A stretch of 30,757 bases of DNA. Origin: a virus (taxonomy: Duplodnaviria; Caudoviricetes). Position 1 is the stretch's first letter, and every line of letters begins with the position of its first letter. Of the stretch, positions 16,346 to 24,717 are shown in pieces. Where the stretch lies: IMG/VR virus record IMGVR_UViG_3300034781_000018, positions 1-30,757 of that record; one strand, given 5' to 3'. The notes beneath the pieces were generated by a model, which saw only the letters and a list, made by a program, of their open reading frames with translations, had not been told where the DNA came from and searched no databases. Made by a program: the position numbers and the translations under genes.

Positions 16346-16423
16346 TAAAAACCCGATTAAACCTTTCTATTTAATAGAGGCAAAGAAAAAGCCAACTAAA
16401 TAAAAACGGAGCAAATTTCAATT

Positions 16424-16921
16424 ATGAATACACAACTCAACATCGGCGATAAGATCGGATTCGTAACCCTTTCAAATGACACGGACGGCGCAGACAAAGT
16501 AATTTTCTTTTCAATCTGCGAAGTCACCACGCGCGACGGCGAACGCGCTTACCGCTATCAATATCCGGACGGCGAAATTTCACGTTCGGCAATCCGCGAA
16601 TCGGAAGTATTCAGCTCGCACGTTATCAAAATCGAAAGAATGAATCCGAAAATGATTTGTCTTCACGACCGCGACCGCTCGGAAATCAAAGCGGCATTAA
16701 AACGCGGATTCGAGAATGAGTTTGAAGTGTTCGCCGATTGGGACAGAGATTCTTTCGTTATCGTCAATCACACCAACCAAACGGAATATCGCGTGAAACT
16801 TACCACAAGCGGCGGACGGACTTTTAGCGAATGCTCCTGCAAAGATTTCATTTACAGGAAACACGTCTGCAAACACATTGCGGAAGTCCTGCAATTTACA
16901 CTTTTCGGAGCGGCGGTATAA
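16424..16921 (+). CDS. SWIM zinc-finger protein
   Basis: YRV...CSCKDF.....CKHI (CxC...CxH). Confidence 0.85.
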   Translation: MNTQLNIGDKIGFVTLSNDTDGADKVIFFSICEVTTRDGERAYRYQYPDGEISRSAIRESEVFSSHVIKIERMNPKMICLHDRDRSEIKAALKRGFENEFEVFADWDRDSFVIVNHTNQTEYRVKLTTSGGRTFSECSCKDFIYRKHVCKHIAEVLQFTLFGAAV

Positions 16922-16956
16922 AAACCGCCCTCAATCTACTGGAGGCTAAATAAATT

Positions 16957-17202
16957 ATGGGACAGTCAAGCGAAATGATGATCGAAGAGCACAATGAACG
17001 AATGGCGACTGACGAGCAGTACGCTGCCGATTATGAAGAATCAATGCGCATGGAGGCGGCGCACGAAGAGTATTATTTCCAGAAAGAACTTGAAAACGAA
17101 AAGTTTGAAGATTTCTTCGAGGATTACCGATTAGCGGCTGACGGTTACGAAGAAATTATCGAACCGGCTCCAGTATTGATTGATGACGATATACCTTTCT
17201 AA
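16957..17202 (+). CDS. Small very acidic protein ending in SSB-tail motif DDDIPF
   Basis: GGAGG SD; about 26 D/E versus 5 K/R by hand count. Confidence 0.8.
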   Translation: MGQSSEMMIEEHNERMATDEQYAADYEESMRMEAAHEEYYFQKELENEKFEDFFEDYRLAADGYEEIIEPAPVLIDDDIPF

Positions 17203-17226
17203 TTTGAAAAACAGGAGAAAAACACA

Positions 17227-17571
17227 ATGTTTGATACGGAATTTTGGGGAGAACCTATTTCAATTTACACCGACGCCGACGCTCAGGAAGACGGCGTTTT
17301 GACCGACGTTTCGGATTTGCGCGTTAAATTTAACGGGAAAATCATCAACCGGATCGCCGTCGAAGCCTCGATTGCCTTGGACGCTCGAAACAAGCAGCCC
17401 GAACAACTAGCCGGCAATCTCGAATTCATTGCGAACAATTGTGAGTTTGACGGCGACGGTGAAGATGCCTGGGGAGTTTTTAAGCCAAACGCGCAACTTG
17501 GAAATGAAAAATTCTGGCTGGTGCCGAATGAAGTAAAAGGCTACTCGTTAATACTCCCAAGCGAGTATTAA
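17227..17571 (+). CDS. DUF6573-like mobile-element protein
   Basis: PISIYT...AQEDGVL.D N-terminus and LILPSEY C-terminus; AGGAG SD. Confidence 0.7.
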   Translation: MFDTEFWGEPISIYTDADAQEDGVLTDVSDLRVKFNGKIINRIAVEASIALDARNKQPEQLAGNLEFIANNCEFDGDGEDAWGVFKPNAQLGNEKFWLVPNEVKGYSLILPSEY

Positions 17572-17592
17572 TTATACTTACAACTTAAATAA

Positions 17593-17634
17593 AAAAATCC
17601 GCTTTTCCCTTAAAGGTCAGGCGGATTTTTGTTT
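17593..17634. terminator. Intrinsic terminator (bidirectional)
   Basis: AAAAATCCGC/GCGGATTTTT stem. Confidence 0.75.
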
Positions 17635-17781
17635 AATTTTGTTTTTGTAAATTGAACATATTGAGATTTTGTTTATTTCACCTGATTAAATTCTTTACAC
17701 AAATATTCTTTAAATGTTACTTTGGCGCAATATATTAAAGAAATTAACTTACCTGGAAAAAGAAATTAAGAACTCACTTCT

Positions 17782-18666
17782 ATGAAAATTTTTATTAGCT
17801 GGTCTGGCGAACGAAGCGGAATAATTGCTAAAGCACTTAGTTCTTGGCTGCCAAATGTAATTCAATCTATTGAAATATTTTATTCACCAAACATAGAAAA
17901 AGGTTCTAGGGGTGGCGATGAGATTAATGCCACATTAGCAGAAACAAGTTTTGGGATTATTTGTTTAACCCGCGACAATTTGCAAAATAAGTGGATTCAT
18001 TATGAGGCTGGAGCACTTGCTAAAATCAATAATGACAAAAGCAGAGTTTGGACATTGCTAAATGGTCTTGATTATTCGGATGTTGTGCAACCACTAGCTC
18101 AATTCCAACACACTGTAACAGAAAAAGAGGATGTTTACAGACTTGTGGAATCTATAAACAGTCATACTGATAAGCCTTTGTCAGAAGTATCTTTGCTCAA
18201 CATTTTTGAAAAATGGTGGTCAGATTTTGAAATCGAAATCAAAAAGGCAGAAAGGGTAACTGTACAAACAAACGAAAAAGGCAGTCAAAAGCCTGAAAAC
18301 ATTCGTGATGATAGAGAGATTCTTAATGAAATACTGGATTTGCTAAGAAATCAGAACAGACAGTCAACTCCATCCTCAAACAATAATTTAGTTAATTATA
18401 TTCGACTGAATATAAATGTTGTAAGCTCGACGATTCCTGAACAAATTAATATTGAAAACTACATAATTTCCAGTGTGAAACAAGTATTCAATATTAATCC
18501 TACAGTTTTATTTAGGAGCAAAGAATTATTTGCGATAGGAATTTCTCTTATTGATTGGGTGCCGGCAGATATCGCTAAACAAAATGTTGAAATTCTTAGA
18601 GATCAATCAGGATTAGCTTTTGTTGAAAGCTATTATTCAGGGGGGCGTGAAACAAGAATTTTGTAA
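17782..18666 (+). CDS. TIR-domain protein (putative NADase/defence moron)
   Basis: MKIFISWSGERS...IEKG...FGIICLT..N...WIHYEAGAL with the catalytic-position Glu. AT-rich; own promoter-like TTTACA 17694 / TGtTACTTT 17715-17723. Confidence 0.88.
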   Translation: MKIFISWSGERSGIIAKALSSWLPNVIQSIEIFYSPNIEKGSRGGDEINATLAETSFGIICLTRDNLQNKWIHYEAGALAKINNDKSRVWTLLNGLDYSDVVQPLAQFQHTVTEKEDVYRLVESINSHTDKPLSEVSLLNIFEKWWSDFEIEIKKAERVTVQTNEKGSQKPENIRDDREILNEILDLLRNQNRQSTPSSNNNLVNYIRLNINVVSSTIPEQINIENYIISSVKQVFNINPTVLFRSKELFAIGISLIDWVPADIAKQNVEILRDQSGLAFVESYYSGGRETRIL

Positions 18667-18743
18667 AGAGTAATCTTTACATTATTTTGTTCACGCATAA
18701 TTTTATCAGTTAGGAAATTAAAAATAGTTAAAAGGAGCCTAAA

Positions 18744-19130
18744 ATGGAAATTGCAAGTCCGGTCATTCCAGGTGAAGACCATGAAGAAAGAATTATCGCA
18801 AAAGACCAGCCTCAATATTTGCCGTTACCTGTTATAGAATTAGGCGGCGGAGTAATGATAGCTCGCTGGACATTAAACGAAGAAGAAAGGCGAGTCGTTG
18901 CAGAAACAGGGAATATTTACATGATAATGCTCACATTTAATAATCCTGTAATGCCCCATACTCTTTTTGTTGAAAAGCCTAATATTGCAAAACTAAAAGA
19001 ACATTACGGCAGGACAAATGATCCAAGTCAGGGTAATAAAGCAATCGTTTCAAATAACGAAGAGGATAAGGACAAGAGTACGGCAAAACCGAATTCTGAA
19101 ACTGCTAACAGAATTAAACCGGAATTTTAG
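18744..19130 (+). CDS. Hypothetical phage protein (IAKDQPQYLPLP motif)
   Basis: AAGGAG SD; followed by a terminator. Confidence 0.75.
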   Translation: MEIASPVIPGEDHEERIIAKDQPQYLPLPVIELGGGVMIARWTLNEEERRVVAETGNIYMIMLTFNNPVMPHTLFVEKPNIAKLKEHYGRTNDPSQGNKAIVSNNEEDKDKSTAKPNSETANRIKPEF

Positions 19131-19158
19131 TTAAGGCATTAGTATAAATCTGGTTAGT

Positions 19159-19190
19159 AAAAAGAGGCTCAAATGAGCCTTTTTTTATTT
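19159..19190 (+). terminator. Intrinsic terminator
   Basis: AGGCTCA-A-ATGAGCCT hairpin region plus T-tract. Confidence 0.75.
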
Positions 19191-19201
19191 CCATTCTCTT
19201 T

Positions 19202-19252
19202 CTTTTCACTTTTATCTTTTCTGAAAACCACCCTGAAAACTCGTTGTAAATT
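19202..19252 (+). promoter_or_regulatory. Putative late promoter 2
   Basis: CTTTTCA-N13-TGAAAAC 19202-19228; TAAATT 19247-19252. Confidence 0.75.
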
Positions 19253-19281
19253 CATTTGCGTGCAGTCACTCTCGCCAAAAA

Positions 19282-19968
19282 ATGAGCAACGAAAATCAAA
19301 ACAAACCGGAACAAAAATTCATTGAACTTGCCGAATTCAAAGCGTCTGACGAAAATTCAGGCGGTTTTGAAGGCTATGCAAACAACTTTGGCGTGCTCGA
19401 TTCTTACGACGACATCACGATTCCGGGCTGTTTTAAGGATTCATTGCCCGAATTTCTCAATTCCGGTTTCACGGCTCCCGATCATCGTTGGGGACTCTCA
19501 TCAGAGATCGGTATTCCGATGGATGCCTTCGAAGACGAAACAGGCGTTTATATCAAATCAATTTATCATCCGACGCCCGACGCTCAGATGATCCGCCAAA
19601 AGGTCAATCACCGGCTTGCAAACGGCAAGAAAGTGGCATTGTCAATCGGTTATCGCACCTTGGAGAGCGAATACGTCATCGGCGAAGAAGCTGCTCCGTT
19701 TTTGATAAATCCTTCACAAGCTGTTCTTACCTATCTCAAAGAACGCCAGCCGCTCGTCCGGCTGCTCAAAAAAGTTTCGCTCAAAGAGCATTCCGTCGTC
19801 GCATTCGGCGCAAACGGCGATTCGGAAGTCGCTGAAGGCAAATCACTCATTGCCGACAAAGAGCGAATCCAGGCTGAGCGAAAAAAACTTATCTCCCTTC
19901 AGGAACTCAGAGATGCTGCCCGAAGAATTCAAATTTTAAATCTTAAATTGCGGATGATTTCCGCCTAA
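19282..19968 (+). CDS. HK97-family prohead protease
   Basis: FEGYA..FG..DSY.D...PG.F, DH, LSIGY, L.E.SVV.FGAN. Confidence 0.93.
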   Translation: MSNENQNKPEQKFIELAEFKASDENSGGFEGYANNFGVLDSYDDITIPGCFKDSLPEFLNSGFTAPDHRWGLSSEIGIPMDAFEDETGVYIKSIYHPTPDAQMIRQKVNHRLANGKKVALSIGYRTLESEYVIGEEAAPFLINPSQAVLTYLKERQPLVRLLKKVSLKEHSVVAFGANGDSEVAEGKSLIADKERIQAERKKLISLQELRDAARRIQILNLKLRMISA

Positions 19969-19994
19969 AAACAAGGAAAAAACAAAGAAAATTT

Positions 19995-21356
19995 ATGAAA
20001 CTTTCTCTTAAATTAGCCAAACAATTGGCGGAAAAACGCGAAAAAGCAAAAGCGCTGCTCGCCAAAGGCGATGCGGCAACGGAAGCTGAAATCAAAGAAG
20101 CCGATGATTTGATCGGTGAAATTGAATCGGACGATGCGGCATTCAAAGCTGCGGAAAAACGCGAGCAGTTCGAATCTGCTAACGAAACGGCGCTCGATGG
20201 GCTGAAAAACACAGCGGCGAATCCGATTGTTCACACAAAAGGCGATCAGGGACAATTCCAGGGCTTTGAAAAAGAAGCGGGAAAAACCTACATCAAAGAC
20301 GGCGTTGTCGTCGGCGAAGACGGTGATTTGGGCATTGACGCGAAAACCTATCAGGCAATCAACGAAAAGTCTTACGTTGACAGTTTCCGCGCTTACCTCA
20401 AAAAAGGCATTCACGGCTTGACCTCGAACGAGCTGAAAGATTTGCAGGTCGGCGTCGATTCCGACGGCGGCTATCTCGCTCCGGCGCAGATGCTCAATAA
20501 GATCATCGAGCGCAAACCGGCTCCGGCACGACTTGCAGGACGCGTGACCAATTACCAAACCAGTTCCGATAAATTGGAAATTCCGAAAGGAACTTATTCG
20601 GCGGATGACATTTATACGAGCGGTATGGAAGTCACCTGGACGGGTGAAAATCCGTCGAGCGACGACGAGCACAAAACAAATACGCCGAAAACCGGTCTCG
20701 TTACGATTCCGATTCACACGGCGATGATTTCAGCCGAAATCACGAACAATATGCTCGAAGATTCGGCGTTCGGCGTTCAGTCTTGGCTCGCCGGCAAATT
20801 TCGCGAAACGATTGATCTGGTTCGCGATCATATGATCGTCAGCGGCGGCGGAATCGGTAAACCGGCAGGCATTCTGATTAATCCGGGCGGTGCGAATCAA
20901 CCGGCAATCGTCAAAACAGGCGACGCTAATCTGGTCACGCCGGACAGCATCATTGATTTGGCTTATGCGGTTCCCGAGCAATACGACGACAACTGCGTTT
21001 TCGTGTTCAATAAAACGAACACCGGAAAAGCAATTGCCAAAATGAAGGATGCCGACGACCGTTATCTTTTCAATGCCGGTACGGGACGCGACGGAGTTGC
21101 CTCGGCTCGACCGACAGATCTTGTCGGTTACCCGTTTCTTTACAGCGCGTTTATGCCGAACGTTGCGGCAAATGCTTTCCCGATGATTTTCGGCGATTTG
21201 CGCGGCTATTACCTTGTTGATCGCGTCGGCTTCAGCCTTCAGGTTTTGAACGAGGTCGAAGCTCGAAAAAACAAGAAAGTCCTGCTGGGACGCATTCGGT
21301 TCGGCGGTCAGATCGTCGAAGACTGGCGCTTGAAAATTTTGAAAGTCGCCGCCTAA
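19995..21356 (+). CDS. Major capsid protein, HK97 family
   Basis: N-terminal coiled delta domain, DGGYLAP, GGG.GKPAGI, D...RYL, FGD...Y.LVDR, R.GG. Confidence 0.95.
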   Translation: MKLSLKLAKQLAEKREKAKALLAKGDAATEAEIKEADDLIGEIESDDAAFKAAEKREQFESANETALDGLKNTAANPIVHTKGDQGQFQGFEKEAGKTYIKDGVVVGEDGDLGIDAKTYQAINEKSYVDSFRAYLKKGIHGLTSNELKDLQVGVDSDGGYLAPAQMLNKIIERKPAPARLAGRVTNYQTSSDKLEIPKGTYSADDIYTSGMEVTWTGENPSSDDEHKTNTPKTGLVTIPIHTAMISAEITNNMLEDSAFGVQSWLAGKFRETIDLVRDHMIVSGGGIGKPAGILINPGGANQPAIVKTGDANLVTPDSIIDLAYAVPEQYDDNCVFVFNKTNTGKAIAKMKDADDRYLFNAGTGRDGVASARPTDLVGYPFLYSAFMPNVAANAFPMIFGDLRGYYLVDRVGFSLQVLNEVEARKNKKVLLGRIRFGGQIVEDWRLKILKVAA

Positions 21357-21495
21357 GCCTCTTTCAAAATAAGTTTTGGACATGTGACCTGCCGGATCAA
21401 AAGCGGTGGAGCTGAAGTTGGCTGGAAAACAACTATTCCGGCAAGTCACATTCCAAATTCACATAGATTTTTTAATTCTCAAGAAAATAAGAAAA

Positions 21496-21909
21496 ATGAA
21501 TATTCATACCCCTAGCGAAAATATAAAAAAGGCGCTCGCCTTTTGTGTGGCAATCACGGCGGCGGTCGTCAACGGCGCGTCGGTTGATTGTCTTGGTTTT
21601 GAAAATGCTTTCGCATCGTTTTACTCGAACCCGTCGGGCGGCGGGACAACGAGCGACTGCAAACTGCAGGAATCGGCGGATAACGCAACCTGGGTAGATG
21701 TCGCTGGCGCTGCGTTCACGCAGGTGACGACCGCTGGAGGAGCAAAGCTCTTAACAATGAACATCAAGCTGGAAAAGCGTCTGCGTTATTTGCGTTTGGT
21801 TCACACCGGTGCGGGCGGAGCAGCTGCCGGACAAGCAACAGGCTCAATTGATTTATTGAACGCTCGCTACAATCCGGTTGAACAAGCTAACCCGGCAGTT
21901 TCGGTTTAA
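21496..21909 (+). CDS. Putative head decoration/structural protein
   Basis: G..VD..GF, LQESADNATW.DV, RYLRL motifs; follows the capsid gene; start placed at the ATG at 21496. Confidence 0.7.
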   Translation: MNIHTPSENIKKALAFCVAITAAVVNGASVDCLGFENAFASFYSNPSGGGTTSDCKLQESADNATWVDVAGAAFTQVTTAGGAKLLTMNIKLEKRLRYLRLVHTGAGGAAAGQATGSIDLLNARYNPVEQANPAVSV

Positions 21910-21978
21910 TGATTTGGGGAGTAATACAACTCGATGTTGATTAAGCGCGAGACCGCGGTAGCCCCAAATAAATAAAAT

Positions 21979-22173
21979 ATGAAACCAGGCGACGATATCT
22001 CAATTAAAGCAACGGTTTTGCGCGTGGAAAACAATCTCCTGCACGCGCAAACCGCCGACGGTCAACTGATCCAAACCAGCGCGGCAAATGCCGAACCGGA
22101 AGTAAAATCGGTTGACCTTTCCGAACATAAAGCGATTTTAAATTCTCCGGAAAACAAGTCCCGAAGAAAATAA
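21979..22173 (+). CDS. Hypothetical protein
   Basis: Operon packing; C-terminal KAILNSPENK. Confidence 0.7.
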   Translation: MKPGDDISIKATVLRVENNLLHAQTADGQLIQTSAANAEPEVKSVDLSEHKAILNSPENKSRRK

Positions 22174-22186
22174 CAGGGAAATTAAA

Positions 22187-22777
22187 ATGTTTACATTCAT
22201 CATCGGTTTAATTCTGTGGATTGCCGGCGCGGTTGTCTCGCCAATCGGTATAAAAAAGGACGCCGACTCGTCAAAGGATTTTCAATATCACGGGCTGACC
22301 GAGGGCAATTCAAAAGCCGACGACGAGCACGGTTTTTTCGCTTACAAGAAGAATTTAATTCTCTCTTATATTTGTATGAGCGTCGGAATAATTGCCGGAT
22401 TTTTAGCAATCCTTCTGGTCAAAGATAAAGATGTCGCGGGCGCTGTCATGATTATCGGCGGAGGTCTCGCCGGTGGTTTCGGCGCGATGCGATGGCGGCA
22501 GGCAATCAAAAACGACGAGGCTAAAATACGCGGGCGAGAAAAGCAAACCCAATTCTTACGAGCTTTGAGAGATTACCAATCGTTTGAAAAACCGGAAAAC
22601 GAATTGCCCGTAATGTTCAACGGTCAACATTTTACGACGCGAAACGGGCGAACCTATTACAAATTGTTCGGTTATATCTACTCGGAAAATCCCGACCAAT
22701 CGAGCGCGATTTCCGAACTGCAAGCCAAACTTGCCGCGCTTTCGCTCAAACCGGAAAACGAATGGTTTCCTAAATAA
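22187..22777 (+). CDS. Membrane protein (about three TM helices)
   Basis: Three hydrophobic segments followed by a soluble C-terminal part. Confidence 0.75.
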   Translation: MFTFIIGLILWIAGAVVSPIGIKKDADSSKDFQYHGLTEGNSKADDEHGFFAYKKNLILSYICMSVGIIAGFLAILLVKDKDVAGAVMIIGGGLAGGFGAMRWRQAIKNDEAKIRGREKQTQFLRALRDYQSFEKPENELPVMFNGQHFTTRNGRTYYKLFGYIYSENPDQSSAISELQAKLAALSLKPENEWFPK

Positions 22778-22782
22778 ATTCA

Positions 22783-23253
22783 ATGACTGAACAAGAAGCC
22801 ATCGATTACGTTAAATTGCACGCTCAGACGGAAAGTTTTCCGGCTTTGGAATCCGCAATGGTTGAGTCTGTTGTGCGGAGGCACCAGCGAGCTTCAATTT
22901 GGACGGCTGATACCGATTACAAAATAGGCGATAAAGTGCAGCCGACTGTTCCGAACGGTCATTTTTACGAATGCGTTTCTCCTGGACAATCTGATTCGGT
23001 GGAACCGGATTGGACGCTTTCGACTCATTCGCGCATGACGGAATTTGCTTCCGATTTGGTATGGCGTGAATGCGAAACGGATTTTGACGGCAATATTTAC
23101 AATTTGCGAAGCGCGGTCCACGAGGCTTGGATCTTAAAAGCCGGATGTTCTGCAAATCAATTCGACGTTTCGATTGACCAGCAGAAATGGCATCGCTCGC
23201 AAGTTCACGATCATTGTCTCTCCATGGCGCAGCGCTACATACCGATTGATTAA
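22783..23253 (+). CDS. Putative head-tail adaptor with inserted CBM5/12-like module
   Basis: Helical N- and C-termini (YNLRSAVHEAWILKAG) flank WTADTDYKIGDKV.P...NGHFYEC...G.S...EP.W. Confidence 0.65.
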   Translation: MTEQEAIDYVKLHAQTESFPALESAMVESVVRRHQRASIWTADTDYKIGDKVQPTVPNGHFYECVSPGQSDSVEPDWTLSTHSRMTEFASDLVWRECETDFDGNIYNLRSAVHEAWILKAGCSANQFDVSIDQQKWHRSQVHDHCLSMAQRYIPID

Positions 23254-23254
23254 T

Positions 23255-23341
23255 ATGCGTATTTTAACCCGTCGAAAAGTGTTTATTTTTACATTGCTGG
23301 GTATTTATCTCAGCGATGTATTTACTCAAATTTTCAATTAA
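23255..23341 (+). CDS. 28-aa hydrophobic peptide
   Basis: MRILTRRKVFIFTLLGIYLSDVFTQIFN fills the gap between genes almost exactly. Confidence 0.4.
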   Translation: MRILTRRKVFIFTLLGIYLSDVFTQIFN

Positions 23342-23346
23342 AAGTT

Positions 23347-23580
23347 ATGTCAGAAAAAAAAGAACCGAAAACTAAAAAACCAAAAACGGAAGAATCGGAA
23401 GTTTCTCAGCAAGTTATTGTCGCTCGGCAAAGATTAACCGTCGGCGTGAATTTTACGGCTTTAGGCGACGATGAAGAAACGCGCGTTGAAGCCGGAGTCA
23501 TAGAAAAAGGCACATTGCCGCCGGCGCTCGAACAAACTCTGCGCGAGCGAAAACAATTGTTTGACTTAAAGGTGAGCTAG
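23347..23580 (+). CDS. Hypothetical protein
   Basis: Operon packing; followed by a terminator. Confidence 0.7.
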   Translation: MSEKKEPKTKKPKTEESEVSQQVIVARQRLTVGVNFTALGDDEETRVEAGVIEKGTLPPALEQTLRERKQLFDLKVS

Positions 23581-23606
23581 CTAAATTGATCGTTTAGCGT
23601 CTTTAT

Positions 23607-23645
23607 AAATGGCTTCGTTCTGGTAAAACGAAGCCATTTTTTTTA
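23607..23645 (+). terminator. Intrinsic terminator
   Basis: AAATGGCTTCGTT/AACGAAGCCATTT stem plus T-tract. Confidence 0.85.
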
Positions 23646-23660
23646 TCGCATTACGCCTTA

Positions 23661-23711
23661 CTTTTCACTTTTATTTTTTCTGAAAAGAACACCTGCAGCC
23701 CGTAATAAATT
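23661..23711 (+). promoter_or_regulatory. Putative late promoter 3
   Basis: CTTTTCA-N13-TGAAAAG 23661-23687; TAAATT 23706-23711. Confidence 0.8.
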
Positions 23712-23717
23712 CTAATT

Positions 23718-24107
23718 GTGAGCAAACTTACTTCCAACGCCGAAATGATTGAAATGCAAGCGCGAATATTCGACGATGTTCGACCCGATGAAGCGCGTCT
23801 GTTTCTGCTCAAGCCCGGCGAGAACACGAGTAAGTTTGTCGTAGTAGCTGAAATAGTTTCCGGCTGGAACGTCGTGTTTGACCGGGAGTACCGCGACAAC
23901 ATGAAAGTTTCAATTGCTACCGCGGATCCTGCTGTGGTTAACCAAATCGGTCAATCAACGAGCGCCGCATACGGCATCGGCGCGAGCGGCTCCGAGATAG
24001 ACGTTTACTCGTTTGATAAAAAGGATTCGACCGGTCCCAAGGCGACTTCCCCAAGCTGGAAAATTTACTGTCTGCGTGAAGACAATAAGCGCTTTGTTAT
24101 TCCGTAA
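23718..24107 (+). CDS. Putative head-closure/head-tail joining protein
   Basis: Beta-rich 129-aa ORF before the gp10-like gene; positional call; GTG start (or ATG at 23745). Confidence 0.55.
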   Translation: MSKLTSNAEMIEMQARIFDDVRPDEARLFLLKPGENTSKFVVVAEIVSGWNVVFDREYRDNMKVSIATADPAVVNQIGQSTSAAYGIGASGSEIDVYSFDKKDSTGPKATSPSWKIYCLREDNKRFVIP

Positions 24108-24547
24108 TGAGCTTCAAATCAACCTTAAAACTTGATTCTAAACTTTTCGACGAAACGGAAAGAAAACGCATTTTGGCTGCACCGGTCAGGCAATCGGCAA
24201 AGGAATTCAAAACCGATTTGAAAAACAAAATGATTTTCGGACCGCATACGGGACGAGAAACCACACGCGGCAAAGAATCAGGCGACGGATTCACCCGGAA
24301 ACACCGCGCATCGCGTCGCGGCGAAAGACCGGCTCCCGATACCAATTCATTAGTTAACTCGATTGAAGACAAGCCCTTGAGCGAGTTTTCGGCAATCGTC
24401 GAAGTCACCAAGCCATATACCGATTCGAGCGGTGAAGAAGTTTTGCAGGGTAAACTCGGGCGCAAAATTATGACGAGCGAAGATGTCGATGAAGCCGAAA
24501 AAAAGTTTAATGACCGCGCCCGGCGCGCTCTGATCAGTTTGCTCTAA
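24107..24547 (+). CDS. HK97 gp10-like tail-completion/neck protein
   Basis: HRASRRGERPAPDTNSLVNSI matches the H.AS..GE.PA.DT..L..SI motif; TAATG overlap. Confidence 0.75.
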   Translation: MSFKSTLKLDSKLFDETERKRILAAPVRQSAKEFKTDLKNKMIFGPHTGRETTRGKESGDGFTRKHRASRRGERPAPDTNSLVNSIEDKPLSEFSAIVEVTKPYTDSSGEEVLQGKLGRKIMTSEDVDEAEKKFNDRARRALISLL

Positions 24548-24717
24548 ACGATTTTTGAAAAGTTTTGTTTTTGTGCGCGTCGGCGAAATTCCTTCAGTTG
24601 TCCCCTTTTTTCTGCTACTAATCCCGGGCGTTTATTGTTTAGTGATTTCCCTTCTTTATCTTCCCCGATCAGCTCGCCAGCCGAAAAGCGCACAAAAACA
24701 AATTCCCATGAAAATTT

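Noticed and set aside
1158-18666. GGDEF plus TIR as a CBASS/Pycsar-like signal-effector pair
   Set aside because: They are 16 kb apart in different transcription units, and no recognisable nucleotide-sensing domain is on the TIR protein.
20013-21449. Long minus-strand ORFs 20013..20717 and 20730..21449
   Set aside because: Antisense shadows of the capsid gene with no motifs or SD.
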